Shown here piece by piece: positions 10,105 to 20,219 of a stretch of DNA of 64,000 nt. Below the pieces are notes generated by a model. That model was not told the DNA's origin and made no database searches. It worked only from the letters and a program-made list of their open reading frames with translations. This stretch comes from Candidatus Poribacteria bacterium. GTDB lineage: Bacteria > Poribacteria > WGA-4E > UBA9662. Every line of letters starts with the position of its first letter. The stretch's first letter is position 1. Made by a program: the position numbers and the translations under genes. The stretch spans positions 77,902-141,901 of the forward strand of contig JAYGDX010000027.1 of NCBI GenBank assembly GCA_046582655.1, written 5' to 3'.

Positions 10105-10962
10105 CTAATTTGTCATCTCCGACAGAATTTGTCTTAAATAGGTTACATCTTCTTTAGCCCATTGCTCTAAATTTGGTGGAGAAGTATCTGCGTATCCAAC
10201 TTGCCGAATAATTGATTCGTCAAATTTGTATTCTGTGTGAACAGTTAAAGGTCCATCAAAGTTATGTTTGAGTAATTTCCTTAAACTGTGATGCCAGTTG
10301 ATGCAGCCTTCCCCAACTTTCACGAAACATGGGATATAAGATGGCATCTGACCTTCAGGTTGACGGAGATAAAGAGCATCTTTGATTCCGACGACGGAAA
10401 TATAGTCTTTTATCATTGAGAAACCCATATCCCAATCCTCACCATCTAATGCCAAATGACCAAAATCCGGATACGCGCCAACGTATTGTGGATCAAAGTC
10501 TTTAATAAGGTGCATTAATCCGGCACAGTTTGACCCGATACACGAACCGCTATGGATCTGGTAACAGGTCTGCACCTCGTACTGTTGACTGAACCTGACA
10601 AAACCTGCCAGATCATTTCGAGCAGCCTCTACGACTCGCCAGTAGTCGTCATCTGTTTTATACCGCCAAAATCCAATTTTAAGACGCGGAATCCCCACCT
10701 CGGCACAGGCAACATACAAATTCTCCACCTCCTGAGTAGGTTGGTTAATATCAACAGCTGCAGTAGCTAAAGGACAGACAAGACCCTGTTTTTCCCATAT
10801 TCTCATCGCTTGGGGCAACAGTTTGGCGGCGTTATCTATCTGAATTGGATGTCCAGGGCGAATACAGACGTCAATTCCATCATAACCGAGTTTAATTGCT
10901 TTTTCACCCAGTTGTTCAATTGAAAGATGGGCAAAGAATTTGGAATTGAGAACAATTTCCAT
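10105..10962 (-). CDS. Sugar phosphate isomerase/epimerase (AP endonuclease 2 TIM barrel)
   Basis: LGYDGIDVCIRPG, DFGH, IKD, TVHTEY motifs. Confidence 0.85.
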   Translation of the reverse strand: MEIVLNSKFFAHLSIEQLGEKAIKLGYDGIDVCIRPGHPIQIDNAAKLLPQAMRIWEKQGLVCPLATAAVDINQPTQEVENLYVACAEVGIPRLKIGFWRYKTDDDYWRVVEAARNDLAGFVRFSQQYEVQTCYQIHSGSCIGSNCAGLMHLIKDFDPQYVGAYPDFGHLALDGEDWDMGFSMIKDYISVVGIKDALYLRQPEGQMPSYIPCFVKVGEGCINWHHSLRKLLKHNFDGPLTVHTEYKFDESIIRQVGYADTSPPNLEQWAKEDVTYLRQILSEMTN

Positions 10963-11038
10963 GTTCAAATAGTTACTAAAAATCGAGCCCTAAAATGGCA
11001 CACAGGCATCGACCAGTGGATGAGATATCACCCAATGA

Positions 11039-12055
11039 TTAGTCAGTAGATCTACGCTTGGGACGAGCCGGTATCCCAGTTTCTGCCGATTTGTAGATGG
11101 CATCCATCAACTCTGACTGTATGATTCCGTTGAGGGGGGTGGTACGCGGTTCAGCACGTCCAAGAATTGCATCAATAAAATTATCATCCGGTGATCCCGC
11201 TGACATTTCTTCCGTAATCGGTGGTTCTTCGACATGATCTGAGCCTTCATAGACCCGTATCCAACCGCCACCCCAACCATCGATTTCCACGCGACCATTA
11301 TCAAAAATAAAGGCCATATGTGTACCACCTGGACTTGGACAATTACCGCTGATAGCAATACTGGCTAGAACACCATTTTCGAACTTAACGTTAATTGATG
11401 AATTGACGTCAACCGCAGTATCACAATTATCAGTGAAAGCGTAGACCTCTCCAACGTTTTTTTCAACAGCCCAACAAAGACTATTCAACAAATGGGCTCC
11501 ACTATCATATGCTTGTCCACCACCAGATAATTCTGGTTTCTGTCGCCATGCACCCACTGTCGCATTCTTCCAACCCTGCGTAATGTAGCCAACTATCAAT
11601 TCCAGTTTACCGAATGTTTGATTCCGGATTTGTTCACGAAGATAATAGAAGTTAGCTGAACACGGCGTATTATAACCAATCACGAAAACTTTTCCCGTTT
11701 CTCCCACTTTCTCGGCAATGGTGTAAGCATCTTCCGCTGATGTTACCATCGGTTTTTCCATCAGCACATGGCAACCTGCTTCTAAGGCTTTCATCCCATG
11801 TTCAAAATGCAGAGTATGTGGGGTAGAAATTAGCACTGCATCGGGTTGCGTTTCAGCCAACATTGAGTTCACATCATCAAAAGCCCCCGGACGAGGGACT
11901 AGATCCAGTATATTTTGATCGATATAGCTGTTGGCAATATCAGTATTGACATCACAGGTGGCAATAATTTGAACCTCATCCATTTGGTTCATCCGTCGGG
12001 CATGACCAGATGAGTTTCCACCACAGCCGATTATAGCGAGGCGAACTTTTGACAT
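11039..12055 (-). CDS. Gfo/Idh/MocA family oxidoreductase
   Basis: AIIGCGG, ISTPHTLH, HVLMEKPM, WRQKPELSGGG..YDSGAH. Confidence 0.92.
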   Translation of the reverse strand: MSKVRLAIIGCGGNSSGHARRMNQMDEVQIIATCDVNTDIANSYIDQNILDLVPRPGAFDDVNSMLAETQPDAVLISTPHTLHFEHGMKALEAGCHVLMEKPMVTSAEDAYTIAEKVGETGKVFVIGYNTPCSANFYYLREQIRNQTFGKLELIVGYITQGWKNATVGAWRQKPELSGGGQAYDSGAHLLNSLCWAVEKNVGEVYAFTDNCDTAVDVNSSINVKFENGVLASIAISGNCPSPGGTHMAFIFDNGRVEIDGWGGGWIRVYEGSDHVEEPPITEEMSAGSPDDNFIDAILGRAEPRTTPLNGIIQSELMDAIYKSAETGIPARPKRRSTD

Positions 12056-12100
12056 CTATTACTCCTTGACTATTGATTCACTAATATAAATTATAGTCAC

Positions 12101-12224
12101 TAGACCTCTTGCATAAGTAGTAAAACTCATCAGAATTCTATAGCTGAGAGGCACCTAAATTCATTGAGTACATGGGCTCAAAAATCTCCAAACTTCTGTT
12201 TCTTTGACTTATGCAAGAGGTCTA
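12101..12224. mobile_element. MITE copy 2, 124 bp with perfect 18-bp terminal inverted repeats
   Basis: TAGACCTCTTGCATAAGT (12101-12118) and ACTTATGCAAGAGGTCTA (12207-12224) are exact reverse complements; no transposase inside. Confidence 0.85.
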
Positions 12225-12420
12225 CTATACTTTGTGTAATATTTACATTATATCAAAAAGGAAAAAAGAGAACAATCAAAGAAAGTATGAACAATATGGA
12301 ATTAAGGATTTTAAGAAAAGGATTGCCGTTTTTGCCATTGATATTTTGGAGTTTCTACTCTAGACTGCTTAATCTGCGGTGATATCAGAACTCAATCTAA
12401 TTATTTGATGTGGGAAAATA

Positions 12421-13152
12421 TTGATTAAATTTTCTGTTCTTTTGATCGGCGCGCTGTTAATTGGTATCACCAAAGCTGGCTTTGGTGGAGGTGCTGGTCT
12501 GATCGTCGGGCCGATGTTGATGCTGGTCTTTCCGGCCAAAGAAAGCCTGGGTATGATGCTTCCACTTCTTTTTGCCTGTGATGTTGTATCCTTGTTCTTC
12601 TACTGGCGAAAATGGGATAAACTTAATATCATTTTCATTGTACCGGGGGCAGTTGTCGGTATTGGAATAGGATCAATTTTTTTGGGAAGATTTGACGATC
12701 GAATTTTAGCCAAAATGATTGGCATCACCGCCATCGGGTTTGCCCTGTTGCAAATTCTTCGACATCAGCTGATGCGGAGAAACAAACAGTTTAAAACGCA
12801 ACTATGGCAAGGCATTTTAGTTGGCGTTGCCACCGGTTTCTTTTCAACAGTTGCACACCTTGGTGGTGTGCTGACGATGATGTTCCTGTTGGTACAACAA
12901 CTTGAAAACCAAGTTTTCGTGGCCACGGCGGCGCTGATTTATTTTTCCATTAATTTGTTCAAGATCCCTGTGTACCTTAAGTTAAATGTTATGAATACAA
13001 AAATTCTTCTGCGGATTCTCCCTTTTCTCCCGCTAATAGCTGTTGGAACGATGCTAGGAGTTTATTTGAATCGTAGAACATCAGCTAAGATGTTTTCAAG
13101 AATTATTTTGACTATTGTGTTTCTAACAGGAATCAGATTGATACTTAAGTGA
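12421..13152 (+). CDS. TauE/SafE (TSUP) family membrane transporter
   Basis: GITKAGFGGG, LPLLFACD, GFFSTVAHLGG, FVAT..F..INLFK; multiple TM helices. Confidence 0.88.
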   Translation: MIKFSVLLIGALLIGITKAGFGGGAGLIVGPMLMLVFPAKESLGMMLPLLFACDVVSLFFYWRKWDKLNIIFIVPGAVVGIGIGSIFLGRFDDRILAKMIGITAIGFALLQILRHQLMRRNKQFKTQLWQGILVGVATGFFSTVAHLGGVLTMMFLLVQQLENQVFVATAALIYFSINLFKIPVYLKLNVMNTKILLRILPFLPLIAVGTMLGVYLNRRTSAKMFSRIILTIVFLTGIRLILK

Positions 13153-13175
13153 AGCAACCAAGAAATTCCGACGGA

Positions 13176-13601
13176 TTAAGCCTTGCTTCTTTTATCAGTT
13201 GTTCCGTTTCCCAGATGCACTACCTTTCGGTCATCACCACAGACAACGAAAAGTCTTTCGGATAGTTTATTGGCGGTATTCAATAACCATTTACCAAAAG
13301 CGTCATTTCTCCAATTATCAGGTGTATCCGGATCGCAATAAGCCACAATATCCTCATCGTAGTGGTCCGTCAAGGATAGAACGACCTGCGTTTTGTCCGG
13401 TCTGAATTCCTCTGGGATTCCGTCCAGCTGAAGCCAGAGGCAATCGAACTGATGACAACTGAACGGCCTATTCTGATAGATCTGGCAACCCTTCCCAACG
13501 TTACAATTGTTGCACCATTGATTGGCTGGTTTCTGGATTTCCGGAATCCCAAGAAGTTTGCAGCACATGGTACAACTACCGCATTCTCTGTTCATGTCCA
13601 T
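13176..13601 (-). CDS. YkgJ-like cysteine cluster (CxxCxxCC) protein
   Basis: CGSCTMCC...WCNNC...GCQIYQNRPFSCHQFDCLWL..RPDK. Confidence 0.8.
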   Translation of the reverse strand: MDMNRECGSCTMCCKLLGIPEIQKPANQWCNNCNVGKGCQIYQNRPFSCHQFDCLWLQLDGIPEEFRPDKTQVVLSLTDHYDEDIVAYCDPDTPDNWRNDAFGKWLLNTANKLSERLFVVCGDDRKVVHLGNGTTDKRSKA

Positions 13602-14408
13602 TTAATTCAGCTTTCCTTGTTCACGCATCTGAGAACCGTAGATTTCCAGTTTCGATTCCTCCTGATTTATCAATTCAACCTTATCAGAAAGGCATGAAGC
13701 TATACGGTCGAAACGCTCTGTACTTCTAAGTCCCATGATCGTGAGATGAACGGCTGGATGATTGAGAACATAGCGATAAAAATGTTCCTCAGGTGGAGTT
13801 CCTGTTTGACTGAACAATCGGTCGTTCCGCGAAGCGTTCATGATAACCACACCAACATTTAGATCTAATGCTTGGGGAAAAATGGCTTCTTCCGGTTCCT
13901 TCATGGCACAATTGTACCAACACAAGACAGTATCGAATAAACCGGTGGCCACCGCCTGTCCGATCTGTTCCCAGTCATGCCCAGTCACGCCGATGAAGCG
14001 AATCAAACCTTCTTCCTGTGCTTTCTGGGCAGCTTCCACTGCACCACCGGATGACAACGCCTGTTCCCGCTCAACTGGTGTATTGAGATGATGTAACTGG
14101 TAAATGTCGATATACTCGGTTTTGAGTAGACTCAAGGAGGTTTCCAAATCCTTACGAACCCCTTCAGCGCGACGAGCTGCGGTCTTGGTGGCTAAGATGA
14201 GTTGATCGCGTCGCCCTTGAATGGCTTGACCAATTACCTTTTCGTCTTCTCCATCCCTGTAATTACGCGCGGTATCCATGTAATTGACACCACAGTCTAG
14301 AGCTGTGCGGTATTCGTCTACTGATTCGCAGTAGCCCCCCCCAATGCCAAGTCGGGTTACTTTCAGCCCTGTTCGACCAAGGGTTATTTGTGGAATATCA
14401 TAGGTCAT
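13602..14408 (-). CDS. Aldo/keto reductase
   Basis: LGRTGLKVTRLG, DTARNY, LATK, SLSLLKTEYIDIYQLH, GLIRFIGVTGH. Confidence 0.9.
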   Translation of the reverse strand: MTYDIPQITLGRTGLKVTRLGIGGGYCESVDEYRTALDCGVNYMDTARNYRDGEDEKVIGQAIQGRRDQLILATKTAARRAEGVRKDLETSLSLLKTEYIDIYQLHHLNTPVEREQALSSGGAVEAAQKAQEEGLIRFIGVTGHDWEQIGQAVATGLFDTVLCWYNCAMKEPEEAIFPQALDLNVGVVIMNASRNDRLFSQTGTPPEEHFYRYVLNHPAVHLTIMGLRSTERFDRIASCLSDKVELINQEESKLEIYGSQMREQGKLN

Positions 14409-14432
14409 AATCAAAGATTTCCTTTAATCCAA

Positions 14433-14852
14433 GGCGGATTCAACTCTGAAACCAATGCTGACACCCCTTGACCGATATTTCTTTCCCTTTGTTCTCAGAA
14501 ACTTATAGATTCTACCACCGCTCTTCTTGATGGCCAAACTTCCCCACTAGCCCTTTGCATGGCTATTGCCTGCCAACTCTCTACAGATGGTGCTGGGTGA
14601 TCTTCTCCGCGATCGGGCAATCTCTGTTTGTCTGTACCCTTCTGCCTTCAACGCCTCAATCTGGTATCTTTCCCTATCAGTCAACTGCTGATGTGCCATG
14701 TATCCTCTCCCAGTGTCGTCGTTCATAGAGATGCTGCATATCGGCAGCTGGCTCTATTATCTCCTTCATTGGGGGAATAATCCAGAGTCCTGGACATACT
14801 GAGCTCTGGCTGTGCCGTGCTCAGGCCTTTGCCTTTATTATGTGAATCTACG
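14433..14852 (-). mobile_element. Internally deleted IS30-family element
   Basis: Minus ORF 14699-14547 MAHQQLTDRERYQIEALKAEGYRQTEIARSRRRSPSTICRELAGN (IS30 HTH); fragment KKSGGRIYKFLRTKGKKYRSRG; IS30-like ends GGCGGATTCAAC.. and CGTAGATTCACA..; flanked by AA on both sides. Confidence 0.8.
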
Positions 14853-14947
14853 AAGGCTAAAGAAGGTTGTGCGGAGGTAATTGAGGGATGAGTATACTCG
14901 TCCCTTTTTTCTATAACATCTGTGTTTGTTTAGAGTTGACTTTGGCC

Positions 14948-14976
14948 GTGACAAGTTTGATGTGGTTTGATATAAT
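14948..14976 (+). promoter_or_regulatory. Sigma70-type promoter
   Basis: GTGACA-17 bp-TATAAT upstream of the 15016 ORF. Confidence 0.55.
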
Positions 14977-15015
14977 TGCCTAAACGACACAATTGTATTC
15001 AGTGTAAGAGTAGGG

Positions 15016-16092
15016 GTGTTTTCAAGGATGGCTAATATGCTGTTTCGAAAGCTTGGAGTTTTTCAGATTCAGGTGGTTGCCTGTATCATTTTGCAAGCAG
15101 TAGGTTGTGGAGGGGGGTCTTCTGAAACGAGTCAAGGTTTTCCTGATCAAGGAGCAGAAGCGATTAATATGCTTCAACTACCACCGTATGTTAAATTTGA
15201 TATTAAGCTCAAAAGATATGTGCGGTCGAGTAGGAGGGAAGCAGATATGATTCTAATTCCCGGCGGGGAATTTTTTATGGGAAGTTCTGACTTCATGTCT
15301 GAACAGATCTCTTCTGCCTATTCCATGACTTTTTGGGATGAAATGCCACAGCATATTGTTAACCTCGAAGCGTTTTATATTGACAAATATGAAGTTACAA
15401 ATACCGAGTACAGCTTGTATTTAAAAGACCCCAGTTCGGGACCAGTGCAAGAACCAAAGTTTTGGAAAAATCCTAAGTTCAACCATCCGGCACAACCTGT
15501 GATTGGTGTCACTTGGCAGGAAGCGTTCGACTATGCACAGTCTTATGGTAAACGTTTACTTTCTGAGGCGGAATGGGAGAAAGCTGCCTCGTGGTCAGGT
15601 GAAGGAAAAGGGCGTTTGGATTCAGGATACGCGCGAGTCTATCCGTGGGGAAACACGTTTTCTGACGAACGCTTGAACTACAACGCAAACCGTGACGGTC
15701 CGACCAAAGTTGGGCAGTTCCCGTTGGGTGAAAGCAGATATGGTGTACAGGATATGGCAGGTAACGTGTCTGAATGGGTACGGGATGTTTACAATAAAGA
15801 AATTTACCAGTCACAAAGCAGCGTAACGGCAATACTTAAAGCCAATGAGGAAAATGCCACAAGATTTAATGAACAGGGCTTCGAGGATTCGGCGGGATTT
15901 GAACATCGGGTGCATCGTGGAGGGAAGTGGAACAGTTGGAAATTGAAAGAGTTGGATGTTCGTTGCGCACGAAGACTTCACGCAGTGAGGGGCACACAGG
16001 ATCCGGGTATCGGCTTTCGTTGCGCAGTTGATGCTAAGGTTGTATACAATGATATCTCGACATTGCGTTCCCCAACTGAAATTATTGAGTAG
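15016..16092 (+). CDS. SUMF1/FGE-sulfatase domain lipoprotein (start uncertain)
   Basis: IPGGEFFMGS, FYIDKYEVTN, PVIGVTW, RLLSEAEWEKAA, YPWG, DMAGNVSEW, RGG.W, IGFRCA; lipobox-like QAVGC. Confidence 0.88.
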   Translation: MFSRMANMLFRKLGVFQIQVVACIILQAVGCGGGSSETSQGFPDQGAEAINMLQLPPYVKFDIKLKRYVRSSRREADMILIPGGEFFMGSSDFMSEQISSAYSMTFWDEMPQHIVNLEAFYIDKYEVTNTEYSLYLKDPSSGPVQEPKFWKNPKFNHPAQPVIGVTWQEAFDYAQSYGKRLLSEAEWEKAASWSGEGKGRLDSGYARVYPWGNTFSDERLNYNANRDGPTKVGQFPLGESRYGVQDMAGNVSEWVRDVYNKEIYQSQSSVTAILKANEENATRFNEQGFEDSAGFEHRVHRGGKWNSWKLKELDVRCARRLHAVRGTQDPGIGFRCAVDAKVVYNDISTLRSPTEIIE

Positions 16093-16118
16093 CTTGTAAC
16101 CAGATAAGACAACAATAA

Positions 16119-17576
16119 ATGGCAATTAGAAGAAAACATTTTCGTTATCGTGATATAGATGAACTGCGAACTGAGATTGAAAAACTTGGTCTATCCATCT
16201 GTTTAGAGAATCAGATAGAGAAACTACTTGAGCCTGTCAGTGTCGGTCACAAAACCGCTGGTAATGCTTTCGGAATTCATCCAATGGAAGGTTGCGATTG
16301 TACTGCAGATGGCAGGCCTGGCGAATTAACCATACGGCGTTGGGAGCGGTTCGGAACTGGTGGTTCGAAGTTGATCTGGGGCGAAGCAACGGCTGTCCTC
16401 GATGAAGCCAAAGCAAATAGCCGACAGTTGCTAATCAGTAGGGATACGGTCGGCTCAATTGCATCAATGCTTGAGCTTACCCGAACAGTACATCGAAATA
16501 CATTTGGTTCAAATGAAGAAATCATCGTTGGTATGCAGTTGACACACTCAGGGCGATACAGCTATCAGAAACCGATGATTGCATTTCGACATCCGGTCGT
16601 TGATCAAATCACCTTGCTCGATAAAAAGAAAAAAATTCCTATTCCCAACGATTATCCAGTTATAAGTGACGATTACCTAGAGCGGCTTGAGGATGTTTAT
16701 GTTGAGGCAGCTAAACTCGCATGGCAGATTGGGTTTGATTTCGTTGATCTAAAACAGTGTCACTCTTACCTGTTGAACGAGTTGTTGGCTGCAAAAACAC
16801 GTAAAGGTAAATATGGTGGTAGTTTTGAAAATCGAACTCGCTTTATTCGTAATGTAATTGGCAAGATCCAGGCTGAAATTGGGAATGATTTGATTCTCGC
16901 GAGTCGATTGAATGTCTATGATGGAGTTGCCTATATGCGGGATACTGATACGGGGATCGGTACGCCAAGTGAAATGCTTAAAATGTATCCTTATGGTTTT
17001 GGTGTTGATGAAGATGATCCTCCCAACTCGGATATGACCGAGCCAAAGAAATTGATCAGACTGCTGAAGGAACTTGGAATTGAACTAATCAATGTGTCAA
17101 TGGGTAGCCCCTACTATAATCCACATATCGGGCGTCCGTTTGAGAGGCCACCGATTGATGGTTATGAAACACCTGAACATCCGTTGATTGGGGTTGATCG
17201 TCATTTTCGGCTGACAAGACAGGTTCAGCAGGACAATCCAAATCTACCGATTGTTGGCACCGGCTATAGTTGGCTGCAAAATTATGTGGTCAATGCTGGA
17301 GAAGCTAATGTTCGGAATGGACATGTTAGCTTTGTCGCCGTTGGTCGAGGTGCTTTAGCTTACCCGGATTTTGCTAAAGATACGATTGAAAATGGTGGTA
17401 TGTTGAAGAAAAAATCCTGTGTTGCTGTTAGCTATTGCACTGCCCTTATGAGAGCGAAAGCAACCCCACTTGGTCAGTACCCTGCTGGTTGTGTACCTCG
17501 TGATAAGGTTTATGCCCCAATCTATAAGGAAGCGGAAAAAGCACTCACCAACAAAAATGAGACCCGCGCGAACTAG
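16119..17576 (+). CDS. NADH:flavin oxidoreductase (OYE-like TIM barrel)
   Basis: HPMEGCD, LIWGEATAV, QLTHSGRYS, GFDFVDLKQCHSYL, YGGSFENRTRF. Confidence 0.88.
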   Translation: MAIRRKHFRYRDIDELRTEIEKLGLSICLENQIEKLLEPVSVGHKTAGNAFGIHPMEGCDCTADGRPGELTIRRWERFGTGGSKLIWGEATAVLDEAKANSRQLLISRDTVGSIASMLELTRTVHRNTFGSNEEIIVGMQLTHSGRYSYQKPMIAFRHPVVDQITLLDKKKKIPIPNDYPVISDDYLERLEDVYVEAAKLAWQIGFDFVDLKQCHSYLLNELLAAKTRKGKYGGSFENRTRFIRNVIGKIQAEIGNDLILASRLNVYDGVAYMRDTDTGIGTPSEMLKMYPYGFGVDEDDPPNSDMTEPKKLIRLLKELGIELINVSMGSPYYNPHIGRPFERPPIDGYETPEHPLIGVDRHFRLTRQVQQDNPNLPIVGTGYSWLQNYVVNAGEANVRNGHVSFVAVGRGALAYPDFAKDTIENGGMLKKKSCVAVSYCTALMRAKATPLGQYPAGCVPRDKVYAPIYKEAEKALTNKNETRAN

Positions 17577-18642
17577 CCTGTTTCACGGATCAAATCAACC
17601 ATTTGAAATTTATCAATGTAAGATTGAACCATCCGATGTGGGCGAAGTACTTGTTAAAGTCAACCTTGCTGCTATTTGTGGATCTGACTTGCATACCTTT
17701 ACCGGACGTCGAACGTCTCCTATTCCTTGTATCCTTGGGCATGAGGCTGTTGGTCAAGTAGCGGAATCGACTGACGTCACCGACTTTAACGGAAACACTC
17801 TGAATGAAGGAGATCGAATAACGTGGAGTATCGTGTCCTCTTGTGGGACTTGTCTAAATTGCACAAGCTATCAGCTGCCGCAGAAGTGTGAAACGCTCTC
17901 AAAATATGGTCATGCTCAGAGGTCTCTCCCACGTGACCTGAATGGTGGATTTGCCCAATATATCCGTTTGCAACCAGGCACAGCCATTTTCCGGCTACCA
18001 GATTCTATGGCAGATAGTGAATCGGTCTCACTCAATTGTGCTCTTTCAACGGTCATAGCTGGGTTAAATGTAATCGATATTGGTGATAGCGTTGTGATTC
18101 AGGGATGTGGGATGCTGGGGATCTATGCAACTAGTCTTTTAAGATATTATGGATGCGGTGTTGTCGCGGTCGTCGATGTTAGGTCAGATCGCCTAAAAAT
18201 GGCCAAGAATTTTGGGGCGACCCACACTTTTAATCTAACAGAGGTGTCCCCTGACCAAATTAATGATGAGTTGCTCGCTTTGACTAATCAGTATGGTGTT
18301 GATTTGGTTGTTGAGGTCAGCGGTGTTGCTTCAGCGTTTACAGATAGTCTAGATTGGTTGCGAATTGGCGGTTATTATCTGACACTTGGGTATGTCTATC
18401 CTGAGGCAGTGACGATAGTTCCAATGGATAAAATTGTACGTAAGTGCCTAACAATCCACGGCTCTCATAACTATCACCCGCGTTTCCTTGGGGATGCCAT
18501 TGAGTTTGTGCAGGAAACTCGGCATCAATACTCTTTTAACCTCCTTATCGGTAATACCTATCCTTTAGCCGAAATAGATCAAGCCTTTCAAGAAGCCATA
18601 AAAGGCAACCAGATTCGGATCGGTCTGAATCCGTGGGAGTGA
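17557..18642 (+). CDS. Zn-dependent alcohol dehydrogenase (resembles phosphonate-catabolism-associated type)
   Basis: CGSDLH, GHE, CGTCLNC..PQKC..L.KYGH, QGCGMLG, GSHNYHP; start set to ATG 17557. Confidence 0.88.
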   Translation: MRPARTSLFHGSNQPFEIYQCKIEPSDVGEVLVKVNLAAICGSDLHTFTGRRTSPIPCILGHEAVGQVAESTDVTDFNGNTLNEGDRITWSIVSSCGTCLNCTSYQLPQKCETLSKYGHAQRSLPRDLNGGFAQYIRLQPGTAIFRLPDSMADSESVSLNCALSTVIAGLNVIDIGDSVVIQGCGMLGIYATSLLRYYGCGVVAVVDVRSDRLKMAKNFGATHTFNLTEVSPDQINDELLALTNQYGVDLVVEVSGVASAFTDSLDWLRIGGYYLTLGYVYPEAVTIVPMDKIVRKCLTIHGSHNYHPRFLGDAIEFVQETRHQYSFNLLIGNTYPLAEIDQAFQEAIKGNQIRIGLNPWE

Positions 18643-18721
18643 AGTCTGGCTAAGATCTCATGCAGGTAGATACGTGCTTACTCTCTGCCTACCATTAAAC
18701 TGATGCTTGAAATTGATTTTA

Positions 18722-18750
18722 TGGACAAAGCGGAGTTGCTATGCTATCAT
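18722..18750 (+). promoter_or_regulatory. Sigma70-type extended -10 promoter
   Basis: TGGACA-17 bp-TATCAT with TG at the extended position. Confidence 0.55.
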
Positions 18751-18808
18751 TATTGGCTAATTGCTGATGGTAAGGGATTTTTGTTGGCTAGATTATTAGG
18801 AGTTCCCA

Positions 18809-19870
18809 ATGAATGATCCAGTGCAGAGCATCACCAGCCAAGTTGAGGTTATATACGAAAAAACACTGTCTGAGATAGAGCGTGAAGAAACCGATCTCAG
18901 GGAGCAGATCAATCGCCTTGAGAAAAAACGCAATATTCTCGGGAAAAAGCGTGATCATGTTCATCAACTTCGTAGCCTAGTTGAAAACTTAACTCAAGCT
19001 ATTGCTGAAGCTGAAGAGATTTGTGAACAGGAGGAAGAAAGAAAGGCTGACTTAGATGTTCGCATTGAGGAGGTGTCCGTCAATCTGCAACGCTTGCAAG
19101 CGGAGGTAAAGCAGGCCGAAACAGATCATAATCAGGCTAATAAAAGCAAGATTGAAAAATACCGTACTCTCTCCAAGATTGTTGAAAGATTTGGTGATAT
19201 TAAAGGCCGGCTTCCTGATTCTGTTTTAGCAGGGTTGGAAGATGCAGCATGTGACGACACAGAGAGCTTTGAAACCACGTTACCGCAACGTCAGAAACCA
19301 CAGAAGCCGGTGCAGGGCAACATTGAGTCACTTGGCATTACTGATCTAGACCTTGATGAGGCATTGGATGTATATGAAGAGGATGTGATTGGTGACGATG
19401 ATACAATCCTTGAAAATGATACAAGCACTCGCAATTTGCAACCGGGGTTGGAAGATAGTATTATGGGATATGATGAGGATTTGGAAGATGATCCAGAGTT
19501 CGATGAGTTTGAGGCAGAGTTAGCTGGAAGTGAAAGCGAAGACTTGTCGCTTGACGATGATGAATATAATTTTGTGGATGATGAGGAAAGGGAAAACTTT
19601 ATTGATCTCATGCGAGAAGACGATTCTACTCCGTCCCTTCAGGATATTCAGGAAAAACCCAAGCGTGTTGCTTCTAGTGAAGAGATGAGGCTTCGTGAGG
19701 CTATTGCCCCAGCCCAACAGGGTGATGATTCGGAACCAGAAACAGAGAGAACCGAGGTTCTTTCAATGAACCCGAATGGTGGAGAAGATGGAGAAGTGGG
19801 TGAAGATGAGCTGTCAGAAGAAACTTCAGAAAAGACTTTAGAAGAAACGGAAAATAGCAAATCCGAATAA
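18809..19870 (+). CDS. Hypothetical protein: N-terminal coiled coil, highly acidic disordered C-terminus
   Basis: Heptad-rich first ~130 aa, then a D/E-rich low-complexity tail; AGGAG RBS. Confidence 0.8.
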   Translation: MNDPVQSITSQVEVIYEKTLSEIEREETDLREQINRLEKKRNILGKKRDHVHQLRSLVENLTQAIAEAEEICEQEEERKADLDVRIEEVSVNLQRLQAEVKQAETDHNQANKSKIEKYRTLSKIVERFGDIKGRLPDSVLAGLEDAACDDTESFETTLPQRQKPQKPVQGNIESLGITDLDLDEALDVYEEDVIGDDDTILENDTSTRNLQPGLEDSIMGYDEDLEDDPEFDEFEAELAGSESEDLSLDDDEYNFVDDEERENFIDLMREDDSTPSLQDIQEKPKRVASSEEMRLREAIAPAQQGDDSEPETERTEVLSMNPNGGEDGEVGEDELSEETSEKTLEETENSKSE

Positions 19871-19907
19871 ATAGTTATACATAATCAAAGGAGGATTTAC
19901 CTAATAG

Positions 19908-20177
19908 ATGGCACATAGATCTTCAGCTTTCAAGCACATTCGTGCAGATAAACGAAAAAGAGATGTAAGTTTCAGACGAAAATCTGCTATTAGAACTGCC
20001 GTCAAAAAAACCAGAGTAGCAATTGAAGCAGGAAATGTTGAAGAAGCAGAATCCCTTTATCGTAGCGCAGCAGGCCTGCTCGATAGGGCAGCGAGTAAAG
20101 GTGTGATCAAAAAGGGAACTGCCAATAGGAGGAAATCTCACCTAGCAAAAAATCTTCACCTAGTAGCAAATCGCTAG
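19908..20177 (+). CDS. rpsT: 30S ribosomal protein S20
   Basis: MAHRSSAFKHIR..KSAIRTAVKK..LDRAASKGVIKKGTANRRKSHL. Confidence 0.95.
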   Translation: MAHRSSAFKHIRADKRKRDVSFRRKSAIRTAVKKTRVAIEAGNVEEAESLYRSAAGLLDRAASKGVIKKGTANRRKSHLAKNLHLVANR

Positions 20178-20219
20178 TTAAAATAAAATTTCTACTAGCT
20201 TGTGAAGCAACCTTGTTAT

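Noticed and set aside
19291-19860. Ser-rich antisense ORFs
   Set aside because: Shadow of the Asp/Glu-rich sense gene; other short overlapping ORFs in the track were treated the same way.
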